Source of the DNA: Actinomycetales bacterium
GTDB taxonomy: Bacteria; Actinomycetota; Actinomycetes; Actinomycetales; CAVURS01
Direction: 5' to 3'
Assembly: GCA_045807245.1 (NCBI GenBank)
Contig: JBJMHS010000063.1
Location: forward strand, 1 to 35,721
DNA length: 35,721 nt
Shown: positions 9,686 to 18,014 of the stretch, piece by piece
Position numbering within the stretch: the stretch's first letter is position 1
How the letters are laid out: each line of letters opens with the position of its first letter
Made by a program: the position numbers and the translations under genes
Notes under the pieces: model-generated
Databases searched by the model: none
The model's input: the letters and a program-made list of their open reading frames with translations, nothing else
Told to the model about the DNA's origin: nothing

Positions 9686-10740
9686 CTTCGTCGAGCAGTG
9701 GCGTCCAATCGGCCGGCGAGATCGTCAAGATCGTCCTCGAACAACCCGGCGTAGACGTCAAGGGTCATCGCCGCGCTGGCGTGCCCGAGCATCCGCTAAA
9801 CGTCCTTCACCGAAGCGCCCGACGACACTGCGAGCAACGCTGCCGTGTGGCGCAGATCGTGCGGCGTCAGGCCGTCCAGATGCGCGGCCCGAGCAGCGGG
9901 GTCGAAGACGCGCCGGCGCCAGGTCATCAGACGCAGCGGGCCGCCCTTCGACGATGTGAACACGAAGTCGTCGGGCGTCCGACCGGCGACCAACAGGGCA
10001 AGGTCCTCGACGAGGAAGCGGCGGAGGGGAACCGAACGTCGCTGATTCGCCTTAGGTGTTCCGAGAACGAGTGCCCCGTTCACCTCGGTCATCGACTCGG
10101 CCACCTCGAGGCGGCGTCGCATCAGGTCGACCCGCCGCACTCGCAGTGCGGCCAGCTCCCCAAACCGAAGACCAACGTAGGAGAGCAAGAGCACCACGAC
10201 GCGATACCTGCCAGCCTCTGACGCCAGCAACGCCACCTGATCCGCAGTGAGAAATCGCTTGTCGGGCTTGGCCTTGCGGGGAAGTTGGACGCCCTCAGCT
10301 GGGTTCGAGGGGATCCGCCGGTCGCGAACGGCGAGGGGCAGAATCAGGGACAGCACCCCGTACGCTTGCCGCACCGATGAGCCAGACAGACCCGAGGCTG
10401 ACAGTTGGGTCACCCAAGCCTGGACGTCCGCGTGCGAGACCAACGAGAGCTGGCGATCTCGCCAGGTCGGAAGGACGTTCACCCGCAGCAGGCCGCCGTA
10501 CCGCTGACGGGTGGACGGCTTCAGATGCACTTGGCTGTCGAGCCATTGCTGTGCCCAGGCACCGACCGTGATCCGCCCTCGTCTGGGGTCTAACCACTCG
10601 CCGCGGTCCAACTTCGACTCCTCGACGCGCAACCAACGCTCAGCGTCGATCTTGCGATCGAAGTGCCGAGAGTGTTCGCGCCGATCGTGATCTCGATAGC
10701 GCGCGCGGTACGTGCCGTCCGGACGCTTCGCGATGCCGAC

Positions 10741-11109
10741 TAGACAAGTTGGTGAGTCAGCAAACGAACTCGACGAATGGCTGCGTGACCGTGCCGAGGC
10801 GATTCGTCTACGGGTCGACCACGTGCGTCGGGAGTCGATTGCCTCACGCTCCGGATGGCTGAGCGCCCTTCGCAGTTCGAGTCGTACGACGGACAGCGCC
10901 CTATTGCGCGAAGTTGTCGTCTACCGCGATATGCATGGCATAGGCGACCAGCGTCTTGCGCTCGGCAATCAACCGCTGCGTCGTGGCGCGCAATTGGACC
11001 AGTGGCGACGGCTCTCCGAGCGCATCGCCCCCGCGCAACGCAACGCGGGCGTCGGCGCCGATGTCATTGCTCGCAACTCTGTCCACGCATTCCAAGGGCC
11101 GAGCCTGGG
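10741..11109 (+). pseudogene. Probable C-terminal fragment of MobF/TrwC-type relaxase-helicase
   Basis: DEWLRDRAEAI...WLSAL...REVVVYRDMHGI...LG...QGPSLG resembles the tail of actinobacterial MobF relaxases; no catalytic N-terminus present. Confidence 0.5.
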
Positions 11110-11544
11110 TGCCTGTGTTTCAGGAATGGCGGCGGCGGCTCCCGGCGTGGGCCCGGAGATCGAGGGTGTGCGGATAGCAAGGCTTATCCGTGAGGCCCAA
11201 GCAGCGGATGTGGGAGTCGGGCTCCGCAGCGCGGCCGACGCGGGGATCAGCGTAGGTACCGAGCAATGGATCCAGCGTGTGGCGACGCAGACGAAGCAGC
11301 GCATCGTCGTTATTGGCAGTCGAGCCGGCGGAACGGCACACGAGGGCTCGGACTGGGACTACATTCTGGCGGGAAACTCACGCGCAAGAGGAAAGGCCGC
11401 CGCCACACTGCCGCGGGGAACAGATGGAGGCGGTCTGTCAGCGAGCGGTTGGACTGGAATAGACCTGTTCAGGATTACAACTACTTTGGGTCCGGCTACA
11501 CGCAACTAGACACATCCCGGCCCCACGTCATCTTCGAGCCCTAG
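11110..11544 (+). pseudogene. Polymorphic-toxin-like C-terminal domain with nucleotidyltransferase motif (frameshift near 11470)
   Basis: IVVIGSRAGGTAHEGSDWDYIL (GS...DxD) plus GIDLF; restoring one base at 11470 gives ...GIDLFQDYN...LDTSRPHVIFEP* ending at TAG 11542-11544. Confidence 0.6.
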
Positions 11545-11757
11545 GTGGTCACAGTGCAGTGGGAGTACACAAGCGTCGTGGTAGACCTGTGGATGCCGTT
11601 GGCAGCACAGGGGGGGCCAAAAGAACTCCTGCTGCAACTGGGGGCCGAAGGCTGGGAGGCCTTCGCAGTTACGCCTCCGACGCCACCTCTCGGTGAGAGC
11701 GACGATCCGGATGCCAGCAGTTACGAGATCTTGCTCAAACGTCGAATCTCCGCTTAG
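11545..11757 (+). CDS. DUF4177-like small protein, candidate immunity protein
   Basis: QWEY...LLQLGAEGWEAFAV...ILLKR pattern; GTG directly abuts upstream TAG. Confidence 0.7.
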   Translation: MVTVQWEYTSVVVDLWMPLAAQGGPKELLLQLGAEGWEAFAVTPPTPPLGESDDPDASSYEILLKRRISA

Positions 11758-11836
11758 TAAGGACTTTCCGGTTCGACGAGTCATGACATGTGGTGCCGGC
11801 GTGTGCGTGTGCAACGTCGCACCCCCGCGGTTTCAC

Positions 11837-12310
11837 CTAGTGCCTGTTAGTTCGGCGGCAGCCGCGGATACTAGGGCTGTCGTGAACTCGTTGCAGCGTC
11901 GACCACAGCCAGTTGGCGTGCCAAGCGATCGGACCGGCGGATGCGCGACGCGCAGTCGACCCAAACTCGGCCTTCCAAGCGATCATCAGCGCAGTCAGTT
12001 CCTCAACAGCTACCGTATGCTCGGCCCAGCACGGCTCGATGGCATGACGGTCATCGAACAGCTCGTATCGCTCGATCAGCCAATCGACCCACTCGCGCAA
12101 CTCGTCCAACAGCGCAGATGCGGCCTTGTCATCCAGGAAGCGCCACGTCCAGTACCCCTGATGTGGCTCGCCATCCGAGCCCTGAGCAAGTCGAGTGATC
12201 GCATCCTGCATCTCAGCTTGACCTGCGGCCAAGTCCGCCAACGCTTCCGCAACGAGCATCGGGTCCAGCGGTGCAACATCTGAGGTCGGCCACGGTCCAT
12301 CAGGCAGCAT
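11837..12310 (-). CDS. DUF4913-like conserved protein of actinobacterial conjugative/mobilisable elements
   Basis: WTW...LREWVDWLIERYEL...PCWAEH..AVEELTAL..AW...PIAWH; overlaps 3' end of the coupling-protein gene. Confidence 0.7.
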   Translation of the reverse strand: MLPDGPWPTSDVAPLDPMLVAEALADLAAGQAEMQDAITRLAQGSDGEPHQGYWTWRFLDDKAASALLDELREWVDWLIERYELFDDRHAIEPCWAEHTVAVEELTALMIAWKAEFGSTARRASAGPIAWHANWLWSTLQRVHDSPSIRGCRRTNRH

Positions 12311-12830
12311 GGCCGCGACGCTCTTCGTCCGCGACCCACTGAACGCTGTCCCTCAAAGCGTCCGCGTCCGGACGATCCCACCACCGCGCCAGGTCGACCA
12401 GAGCTGGGCTGACAGAGCGATACATCAAGAGGGCCCGGCCTTCGGGCAGCGTGCGGAGTCTCTCAACGGGCAGGACTCGCTCACGCTCAACCGAGGTTGA
12501 CGTCGACGTTGTCCGACCGGATGTGGTTCGAGACTTGCGGATGATCCGACGCTCACCGGCAAGGCGGGACAGGCGATCCAAGTACTCAACGTCGTCCAGC
12601 CCTCCCATCACAAGTGTGATCGCAGCCGCCCCCAGGATCGCATCGGCACCATCTCGACCCCAGCGCTCACGCAGTTGCGGTGGCGTCTGTGCGAACGCCC
12701 AGGCTTGCATCCCGCGGCCTCCGCCGTCGCTGATGAGCGACGGGAGGTTGGGCAGCGGCGCCACGTTGGCGACCTCGTCCAGAACGAATGTCACCGGACG
12801 CTCGAGGCGACCGGACGATGAACGTTGAGA
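12300..12830 (-). pseudogene. VirD4/TraG/TraD-type coupling protein, C-terminal fragment
   Basis: GRLERPVTFVLDEVANVAPLPNLPSLISDGGGRG...AQTPPQLRERWG (Walker B region); Walker A and N-terminus missing. Confidence 0.88.
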
Positions 12831-13369
12831 GATACGTCGCCCAGCCCTCCCAATGGCTGCGACCAGTCCTGCATCACGTTCAGCGCCGTGACTGCGTCCT
12901 CATCCAGCGCGGTGTCGGGTGGCAGAACGAGACCGGGGAACTGGCCGTGACCGGCCTCGCTGGTCAGGTGTGCCAACACCGCATCGACGAGGCTGACGGT
13001 CGTCCTCGGTCCGTCAGCTAGTCGCTGCCAGAGGCAGCTGGCCCGGTTCGCGGCCGGCGGGACGGCTAGCGCGTGGTACAGGCGGACCAACGCCTCGGCC
13101 ACGTGATGGCGGAGCACCAGGCTGTCCATGGCCACCTGCAGCGCCCGGTCGTCGCTGGTGAACGCGAGGATCTCGTCGGGGCGGGTCAGCCCGAGCCTGC
13201 GAGCGAACTCGCGCCCAGCGGCCGGGTAGACCTCGGCTGCGCTCAGATCTGCCAGTAGGGAGGCGATGCGGGCCGAGAAGTACTCGAGTGGGCGGGAACT
13301 GAACAGGTCGTCGTCAAGTTCCTGTGCCTGTTCCGGTGTCAGATCTGGATCGACAGGTTCGGTGAACAT
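12791..13369 (-). pseudogene. Hypothetical cargo protein, probably 3'-truncated at a deletion junction near 12830
   Basis: ATG 13369 preceded by GGAGGC; GC3-biased helical-looking sequence that runs out of frame into the coupling-protein fragment. Confidence 0.55.
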
Positions 13370-13526
13370 GCCTCCATCGTGCAGACGCCTGCAAGCCCCA
13401 CCGCCACCCGGATGCGGATAGCGTAACTCTGGAGGAAGACGAGGCGCGGACGTCGTGCCGCTGCTATCTGGGCGGTATGACGCGGGCGGAGTGCCCGTGT
13501 GCGATTTGATGTCCTGACTCAATGTC

Positions 13527-13556
13527 AGTCCGCAGGTAGTCCGCATTAAGTCCGCA
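13527..13556 (+). repeat. Putative integrase arm-type sites (3x AGTCCGCA)
   Basis: AGTCCGCA at 13527, 13538, 13549 (11-bp period). Confidence 0.8.
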
Positions 13557-13663
13557 CGACGACGAGAATCGACGATGTTGCCGGCAGCCAGCAAGAGACG
13601 TTTCCACAGGTCAGGTGCCGTCTGAGGATCGTCCATGCAGGTCAGCGGAGGGCGGGTCATCGC

Positions 13664-13707
13664 GCTCATAACCCGTCGGTCGTCCGTTCGAGTCGGACCC
13701 GCCCCAC
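13664..13707 (+). repeat. att core (distal), duplicated 3' half of tRNA-Ile
   Basis: 44-bp identity to 9561-9604, followed by shared cgcctctgacc after a 1-nt indel. Confidence 0.95.
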
Positions 13708-13717
13708 ACGCCTCTGA

Positions 13718-13739
13718 CCCGCTGTTCACCCACGGCGGG
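13718..13739 (+). terminator. Hairpin after distal att, possibly the original tRNA terminator
   Basis: cccgctgt-tcaccc-acggcggg stem (one G:U), no U tract. Confidence 0.35.
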
Positions 13740-13821
13740 CGAAGCGGGCGGACGGTCCGGTCGGATGTCAGAGATGTCCGCCAGAGTGGAGCCAACAGTC
13801 CCGTACTGCGAGGAGCACCGC

Positions 13822-14265
13822 GTGTCTGTCCGCTACCAGCTGGTCATCGACTGCGCCGATCCTGACCTGCTCGCTCGGTTCTGGGCTGCAGCGCTGGGCT
13901 ACGAGATCGCGCCCGTCCCGAGCGGATTCGCCACCTGGAACGACTTCTATCGTGAGCTGGGGGTGCCTGAGGAGGACCTGGTCGATGGAGTCGACCGGAT
14001 CAGCGACCCCGAGGGAGACGGACCGAGCATCTGGTTCAACGTCGTCTCGGAAGCCAAGACCGTCAAGAACCGGCTCCATCTCGACATCCATGCCAGCGGA
14101 CCGCGAACCGACCCCATCGAGACCCGGAGAAGCAGAGTTGACGCCGAGGCGACGCGTCTGGCCGGTCTCGGCGCCACCATCACCGGCGCCTTCACCGAGG
14201 AAGGGACGGACCACTACGCCGTCGGGATGAAGGACCCGGAAGGCAACGAGTTCGACATCAACTAG
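13822..14265 (+). CDS. VOC/glyoxalase-like family protein
   Basis: LVIDCADPDLLARFWAAALGY, KNRLHLD, MKDPEGNEFD; GTG 13822 follows GAGGAG. Confidence 0.92.
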   Translation: MSVRYQLVIDCADPDLLARFWAAALGYEIAPVPSGFATWNDFYRELGVPEEDLVDGVDRISDPEGDGPSIWFNVVSEAKTVKNRLHLDIHASGPRTDPIETRRSRVDAEATRLAGLGATITGAFTEEGTDHYAVGMKDPEGNEFDIN

Positions 14266-14340
14266 CGCCAGCGCGTCGAAGGCCGCCTCTGTGCTCCGGC
14301 AAGCACTCGGTGGCCCGCCCGGGCGTTCTAACCTGGCTCG

Positions 14341-14997
14341 ATGACTGACGGCTGGCTGGCTGATACGCGCACGTCGTACGACACTGACGCAGTCGGTTAC
14401 GCCGAGAAGGTGCACGGCCTGCTGGACAAGAGCCCTTATCTACGTGCGAGCTTGGCCTTGTTCGCCGAGCTGGTGCGCGACGCAGGCGGCGGTCTCGTCG
14501 CCGATGTCGGCTGCGGTCCCGGATACGTGACCCATCACCTTCACCAGCTCGGCGTGGACGCGTTCGGCATCGACCTCTCGCCCGAGATGGTTGCCATCGC
14601 ACGACGCGACTACCCGGCCTTGCGCTTCGACGTCGGGACGATGACCGACCTCGACCTCGCGGACAGCTCAGTCACCGGCGTTCTCGCCTTCTGGTCCGTG
14701 ATCCACGTTCCGGACGACGCGGTGCCCGGGGTGTTCGCGCAGTTCCGTCGTGTGTTGCGTCCGGGCTGTCCGCTGCTGGTTGGCTTTCATGTCGGTGACG
14801 AGACGAGCCACACGCGTGAGGGCTATACGGGTCGCGCGATCAACGTCGACAGCTATCGCCGCAGGCCGGTTCAGGTTGCCCGCTGGCTGCGAGAGGCAGG
14901 GTTCTCGATCGAGGCCGAGCTGCTGATGCGCCCGGACGACGATGTCCCGGGCGCGATTATCATCGCGAGAAGTCCCGACTCACCGATGGGTGACTAA
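14341..14997 (+). CDS. Class I SAM-dependent methyltransferase
   Basis: VADVGCGPG, GIDLSPEM, RRVLRPG. Confidence 0.93.
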   Translation: MTDGWLADTRTSYDTDAVGYAEKVHGLLDKSPYLRASLALFAELVRDAGGGLVADVGCGPGYVTHHLHQLGVDAFGIDLSPEMVAIARRDYPALRFDVGTMTDLDLADSSVTGVLAFWSVIHVPDDAVPGVFAQFRRVLRPGCPLLVGFHVGDETSHTREGYTGRAINVDSYRRRPVQVARWLREAGFSIEAELLMRPDDDVPGAIIIARSPDSPMGD

Positions 14998-15028
14998 CCG
15001 CTGCGCCCGTCCGCGTCCGGAGCATCAC

Positions 15029-17299
15029 TCATTCCGTGCGGCGCCCGACGCGCGCATCCTCGTACGCGCCGCGACCGGCCTCCGCCTCAGCGGCCGGCTC
15101 CGGTACGCCGAGCAGGCGGCGGATCCCGTCAGCCGCCAAGGGCTCGCTGAGCAGGAAGCCCTGCGCCGAGTCGACGCCGAGCAGTTGCACTGCCTCCAAG
15201 GTCTCGCCGTCCTCGATGCCCTCGGCGACGACCCTCAGTCCGAGGCGGCGACCGATGTCCACCGTGGCCGCCAGCAGCTGCCGGCCACCTGGCTCGACGT
15301 CACTGACCAGCCCACCGTCGAGCTTCACGCCGTCAAGGGGCAGGCCTTGCAAGGCCTTGAACGAGGCGTAGCCACTGCCGAAGTCGTCCAGCTCGATGCG
15401 GACCCCGGCCGCGCGTAGCTCGCTCAGCAGGCTGGCGGCCAGCTCCATGTCGCCCACCAGCGCCGTCTCCGTGATCTCGAGAACGAGTGCGTCACCGGTG
15501 AGACCACGCTCCTCGAGCAGGGCGAAGACCTCCTCGCACAGGGCGTGGTCGCTGAGCACGCGAGGTGACAGGTTCACGCTGACGGGGATCGGCAGCCCGG
15601 CCGCATGCCAACGCCTCGCCTCGTCCAGCGCCTTGCGCAGGGTGAGGACGGTCAAGGGCCGGATGAGCCCGGTCTCCTCGGCGAGCGGGATGAACTCCTC
15701 CGGCAGGCTCACGAAGTCGTCTCCCTGCCGCCACCGGGCCAGGGCCTCGATCGCGACGATCTCGCCGGTCTCCAGGCTGTACGCCGGCTGGTAGGCGAGC
15801 TCGATCCGGTCCTCCTCGATGGCGACGAGAAGGTCGGCCGCGAGTCCGAGGGCGACGGAGCCCGCGTCGGTGCCCGCGTCGTACACCCGCACACCTTCCC
15901 GGCCACGCTTGGCGCGGTACATGGCTGCGTCGGCGGCACGCAGCAGTTCCGCCGCCGTGCTCCCGTGCTCGCCCAGGACGGCCGCACCCACGCTGGCTCC
16001 GACGAACCGGACCCGACCGGCGACCTCGATCGGGCGGATCAACGCCTCGCGCAGGCGGTGAGCCACAGAGGCGACGTCGTCGGCCTCGCGCAGCCGTCGC
16101 AGCACCAGGGCGAACTCGTCACCACCCAGCCGCGCGGCGGTGTCGTACTCGAAGGTGTTGGCGTGCAGGCGGCGGGCGATCTCCTGCAGCACCAAGTCAC
16201 CGACGTCGTGGCCCTCGGTGTCATTGATCTGTTTGAACCCGTCCAGGTCGATCACGAGTACGGCGACCCGCTCGCCGCTGGGCTGGCGGGCCGCGGCCAC
16301 CGCGGTGGCCATGGACTCCTCAAGCGCCTTGCGGTTGGCCAGGCCGGTCAGGTGGTCCAGCCGCGCGGCGACACGGAGCACGCGTTGCTGGCGGCGCAGC
16401 CCGACCACGAAACCGATGACCAGCAGGACCCCGACCGCGGCGATGAGGGCACCGAGCCACGGCGGCACCGAGCTGGCCTGTGCCGTAGACCACTCGATGA
16501 CGACCCAGTCGTTCGCGTTCCCATCCGTGCGCACGATCCCGCTCGCGGCGACGGTCCGCTGGCCGACACCGACCGTCGAGGCTTGCGTACCGATGCGGTC
16601 CAGCGCCGTGGCCGCCACCCGGGGGAACGGCGCGGGCGGCACGGAGACCGGCAGCGCCGTGCCGTTCTGCAGGATGACCCGCCCCGATCGCCGCTCGACC
16701 ACGGCGACGCGCTGGCCGTGGGCACCGACGTGCAGGTACTGCCGGAAGCTGTTGAGCGCGACCTCGAAGTGCACGATCTGACGGCTGCCGTCGGCGAGCC
16801 GGATCCAGGTCGAGTTGGAGATGACCCAGGCATGCGTGTCCGGCGAGACATACGGCGCGGCTTGGTACACCTCGCCGTACGGCAGGGCGAACGTCGCCGC
16901 GAAGAAGGCGTTCTCCTTCTCGTTGCTGGACAGCTCGGAGACGGGCGCGGGCACGCCCTGCGTCACCCGGGCCAGCTCGGTGCCGCTCTCGTCGATCAGG
17001 CAGGCCTCACCGATGGCGCCGGGATACAGCTGCTCGAGGTACTCGAGCGCCCGGTTGGCTCCCTCGTGGTCGAAGGGGACGCCCGGCTCCGGGGTCACGG
17101 CGGGGCTCTGGGCGAGGAGCAGGTCGAGGCTGCGCGCCCGCTCGAAGTACGAGGTGAACGCGGTGGCGACCTGGACCGCGTCGCGCTCCAGGTTCCGGCT
17201 CTGCTGATGTTCCTGCGCCACGGCCCCCGCCGCAGCCAGCAGTCCACCGGACAGCAGAGCGACGCCGAGCAGCAGCGCAGCTAAAAGGCTCCGGCGCAT
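15029..17299 (-). CDS. Membrane-bound GGDEF-EAL diguanylate cyclase/phosphodiesterase with extracellular Cache-like sensor
   Basis: Two TM segments flanking a sensor (PYVSPDT), IDLDGFKQIND, RLGGDEF, EALARW, DDFGSGY; start ATG 17299 after GGAGAGG. Confidence 0.92.
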   Translation of the reverse strand: MRRSLLAALLLGVALLSGGLLAAAGAVAQEHQQSRNLERDAVQVATAFTSYFERARSLDLLLAQSPAVTPEPGVPFDHEGANRALEYLEQLYPGAIGEACLIDESGTELARVTQGVPAPVSELSSNEKENAFFAATFALPYGEVYQAAPYVSPDTHAWVISNSTWIRLADGSRQIVHFEVALNSFRQYLHVGAHGQRVAVVERRSGRVILQNGTALPVSVPPAPFPRVAATALDRIGTQASTVGVGQRTVAASGIVRTDGNANDWVVIEWSTAQASSVPPWLGALIAAVGVLLVIGFVVGLRRQQRVLRVAARLDHLTGLANRKALEESMATAVAAARQPSGERVAVLVIDLDGFKQINDTEGHDVGDLVLQEIARRLHANTFEYDTAARLGGDEFALVLRRLREADDVASVAHRLREALIRPIEVAGRVRFVGASVGAAVLGEHGSTAAELLRAADAAMYRAKRGREGVRVYDAGTDAGSVALGLAADLLVAIEEDRIELAYQPAYSLETGEIVAIEALARWRQGDDFVSLPEEFIPLAEETGLIRPLTVLTLRKALDEARRWHAAGLPIPVSVNLSPRVLSDHALCEEVFALLEERGLTGDALVLEITETALVGDMELAASLLSELRAAGVRIELDDFGSGYASFKALQGLPLDGVKLDGGLVSDVEPGGRQLLAATVDIGRRLGLRVVAEGIEDGETLEAVQLLGVDSAQGFLLSEPLAADGIRRLLGVPEPAAEAEAGRGAYEDARVGRRTE

Positions 17300-17331
17300 G
17301 TCCACCCTCTCCGACAGATGTCCGGTCAGTT

Positions 17332-17358
17332 GTCGGCAGAGACAGGGCCGGTCTTGAG
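17332..17358 (-). promoter_or_regulatory. Putative FliA/WhiG (sigma-28 type) promoter
   Basis: Minus strand CTCA-N17-GCCGAC(AA), about 30 nt upstream of GGDEF-EAL start. Confidence 0.55.
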
Positions 17359-17399
17359 GTGCGTCGGTAGAGGTCTGGCTCACTGCGCGTGAGTGACGG

Positions 17400-17975
17400 T
17401 CAACCGAGGAAGTCCTCTGGGTCGAACTCTCTCAGCGGGATGATCCTCAGCCGCGGCAGGGGACTGTTGAACGCCTGCACCCCGAGCTCGAGGTCGACGA
17501 ACTCCAGACCCTCCGACTCCAGCTCGGCCAGACGCACGCTCACGAACTCGCGGAACCCGAGAAGGGCCACCCGGCGGCCGCCGAGTAACGGCCGCAGGTG
17601 TGGTTCGAAGTCGGCATCGTGGCTGGCCAGGACGACGTTGCCGGGACGCCGCGCGAGCGCATCGAGGGTGCGTTGGATGCCGATGTCGACGACCTTCTCG
17701 TCCCCGCCGGCGTCACCGGCGAGAGGCACGACGCGGTATCCGAGGGCCACGAGGGCTTGGACGAACGGCATCGGCAGCTGGCCGGACGTGGCGTTCAGGA
17801 AGAACAAGGGACGGACATCTTCGCCCCAGTGCGTCTTGAAGTACTCGACGACACGTTCCCAACGCGGCCGTTCGGTGGGCATCGGCTTGCGCCGGAAGAT
17901 GTCCGTCCCGAGCGTCGCGTCGAGGTTCTCCCCGTCGACCAGGACGTACGTGACAGCCCCACGGTTGACCTCCAT
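17400..17975 (-). CDS. NYN (PIN-like, LabA/DUF88) domain protein
   Basis: YVLVDGENLD, EKVVDIGI, LASHDADF; TACGTT-N7-ATG suggests start 17975. Confidence 0.88.
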   Translation of the reverse strand: MEVNRGAVTYVLVDGENLDATLGTDIFRRKPMPTERPRWERVVEYFKTHWGEDVRPLFFLNATSGQLPMPFVQALVALGYRVVPLAGDAGGDEKVVDIGIQRTLDALARRPGNVVLASHDADFEPHLRPLLGGRRVALLGFREFVSVRLAELESEGLEFVDLELGVQAFNSPLPRLRIIPLREFDPEDFLG

Positions 17976-18014
17976 GGCGGCAAACGTAGCCGTCATGGAC
18001 CAGGCCGAGTGCTC

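Larger units (their letters stand above)
9541..10740 (-). pseudogene. Tyrosine integrase, inactivated
   Basis: VGIAKRPDGTYRARYRD N-terminus with no start codon; GLRFGEL, HDLRHTAA; in-frame TAG at 9796-9798 (VKDV*RMLGH) separates LGH...TLDVY catalytic His/Tyr. Confidence 0.92.
9561..13707. mobile_element. Decayed tRNA-Ile-integrated element (ICE/IME remnant)
   Basis: Bounded by 44-bp tRNA 3' duplication; contains integrase, coupling-protein and probable relaxase fragments; visibly more A+T-rich than flanks. Confidence 0.92.

Noticed and set aside
9796..9798. Programmed amber read-through in the integrase
   Set aside because: A single CAG-to-TAG change explains it, the gene also lacks a start codon, and no recoding machinery is visible
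13527..13556. CRISPR-like or iteron array
   Set aside because: 8-bp repeats with 3-bp spacers, no cas or rep gene; a matching set at the other element end fits integrase arm sites
13664..13707. Second tRNA gene
   Set aside because: Only the anticodon loop to 3' end is present; no 5' acceptor strand or D-arm, so it is the att duplication
12791..13795. 334-aa ORF as one gene crossing the distal att
   Set aside because: The 5' part spans att, arm sites and non-coding DNA; a credible start is ATG 13369
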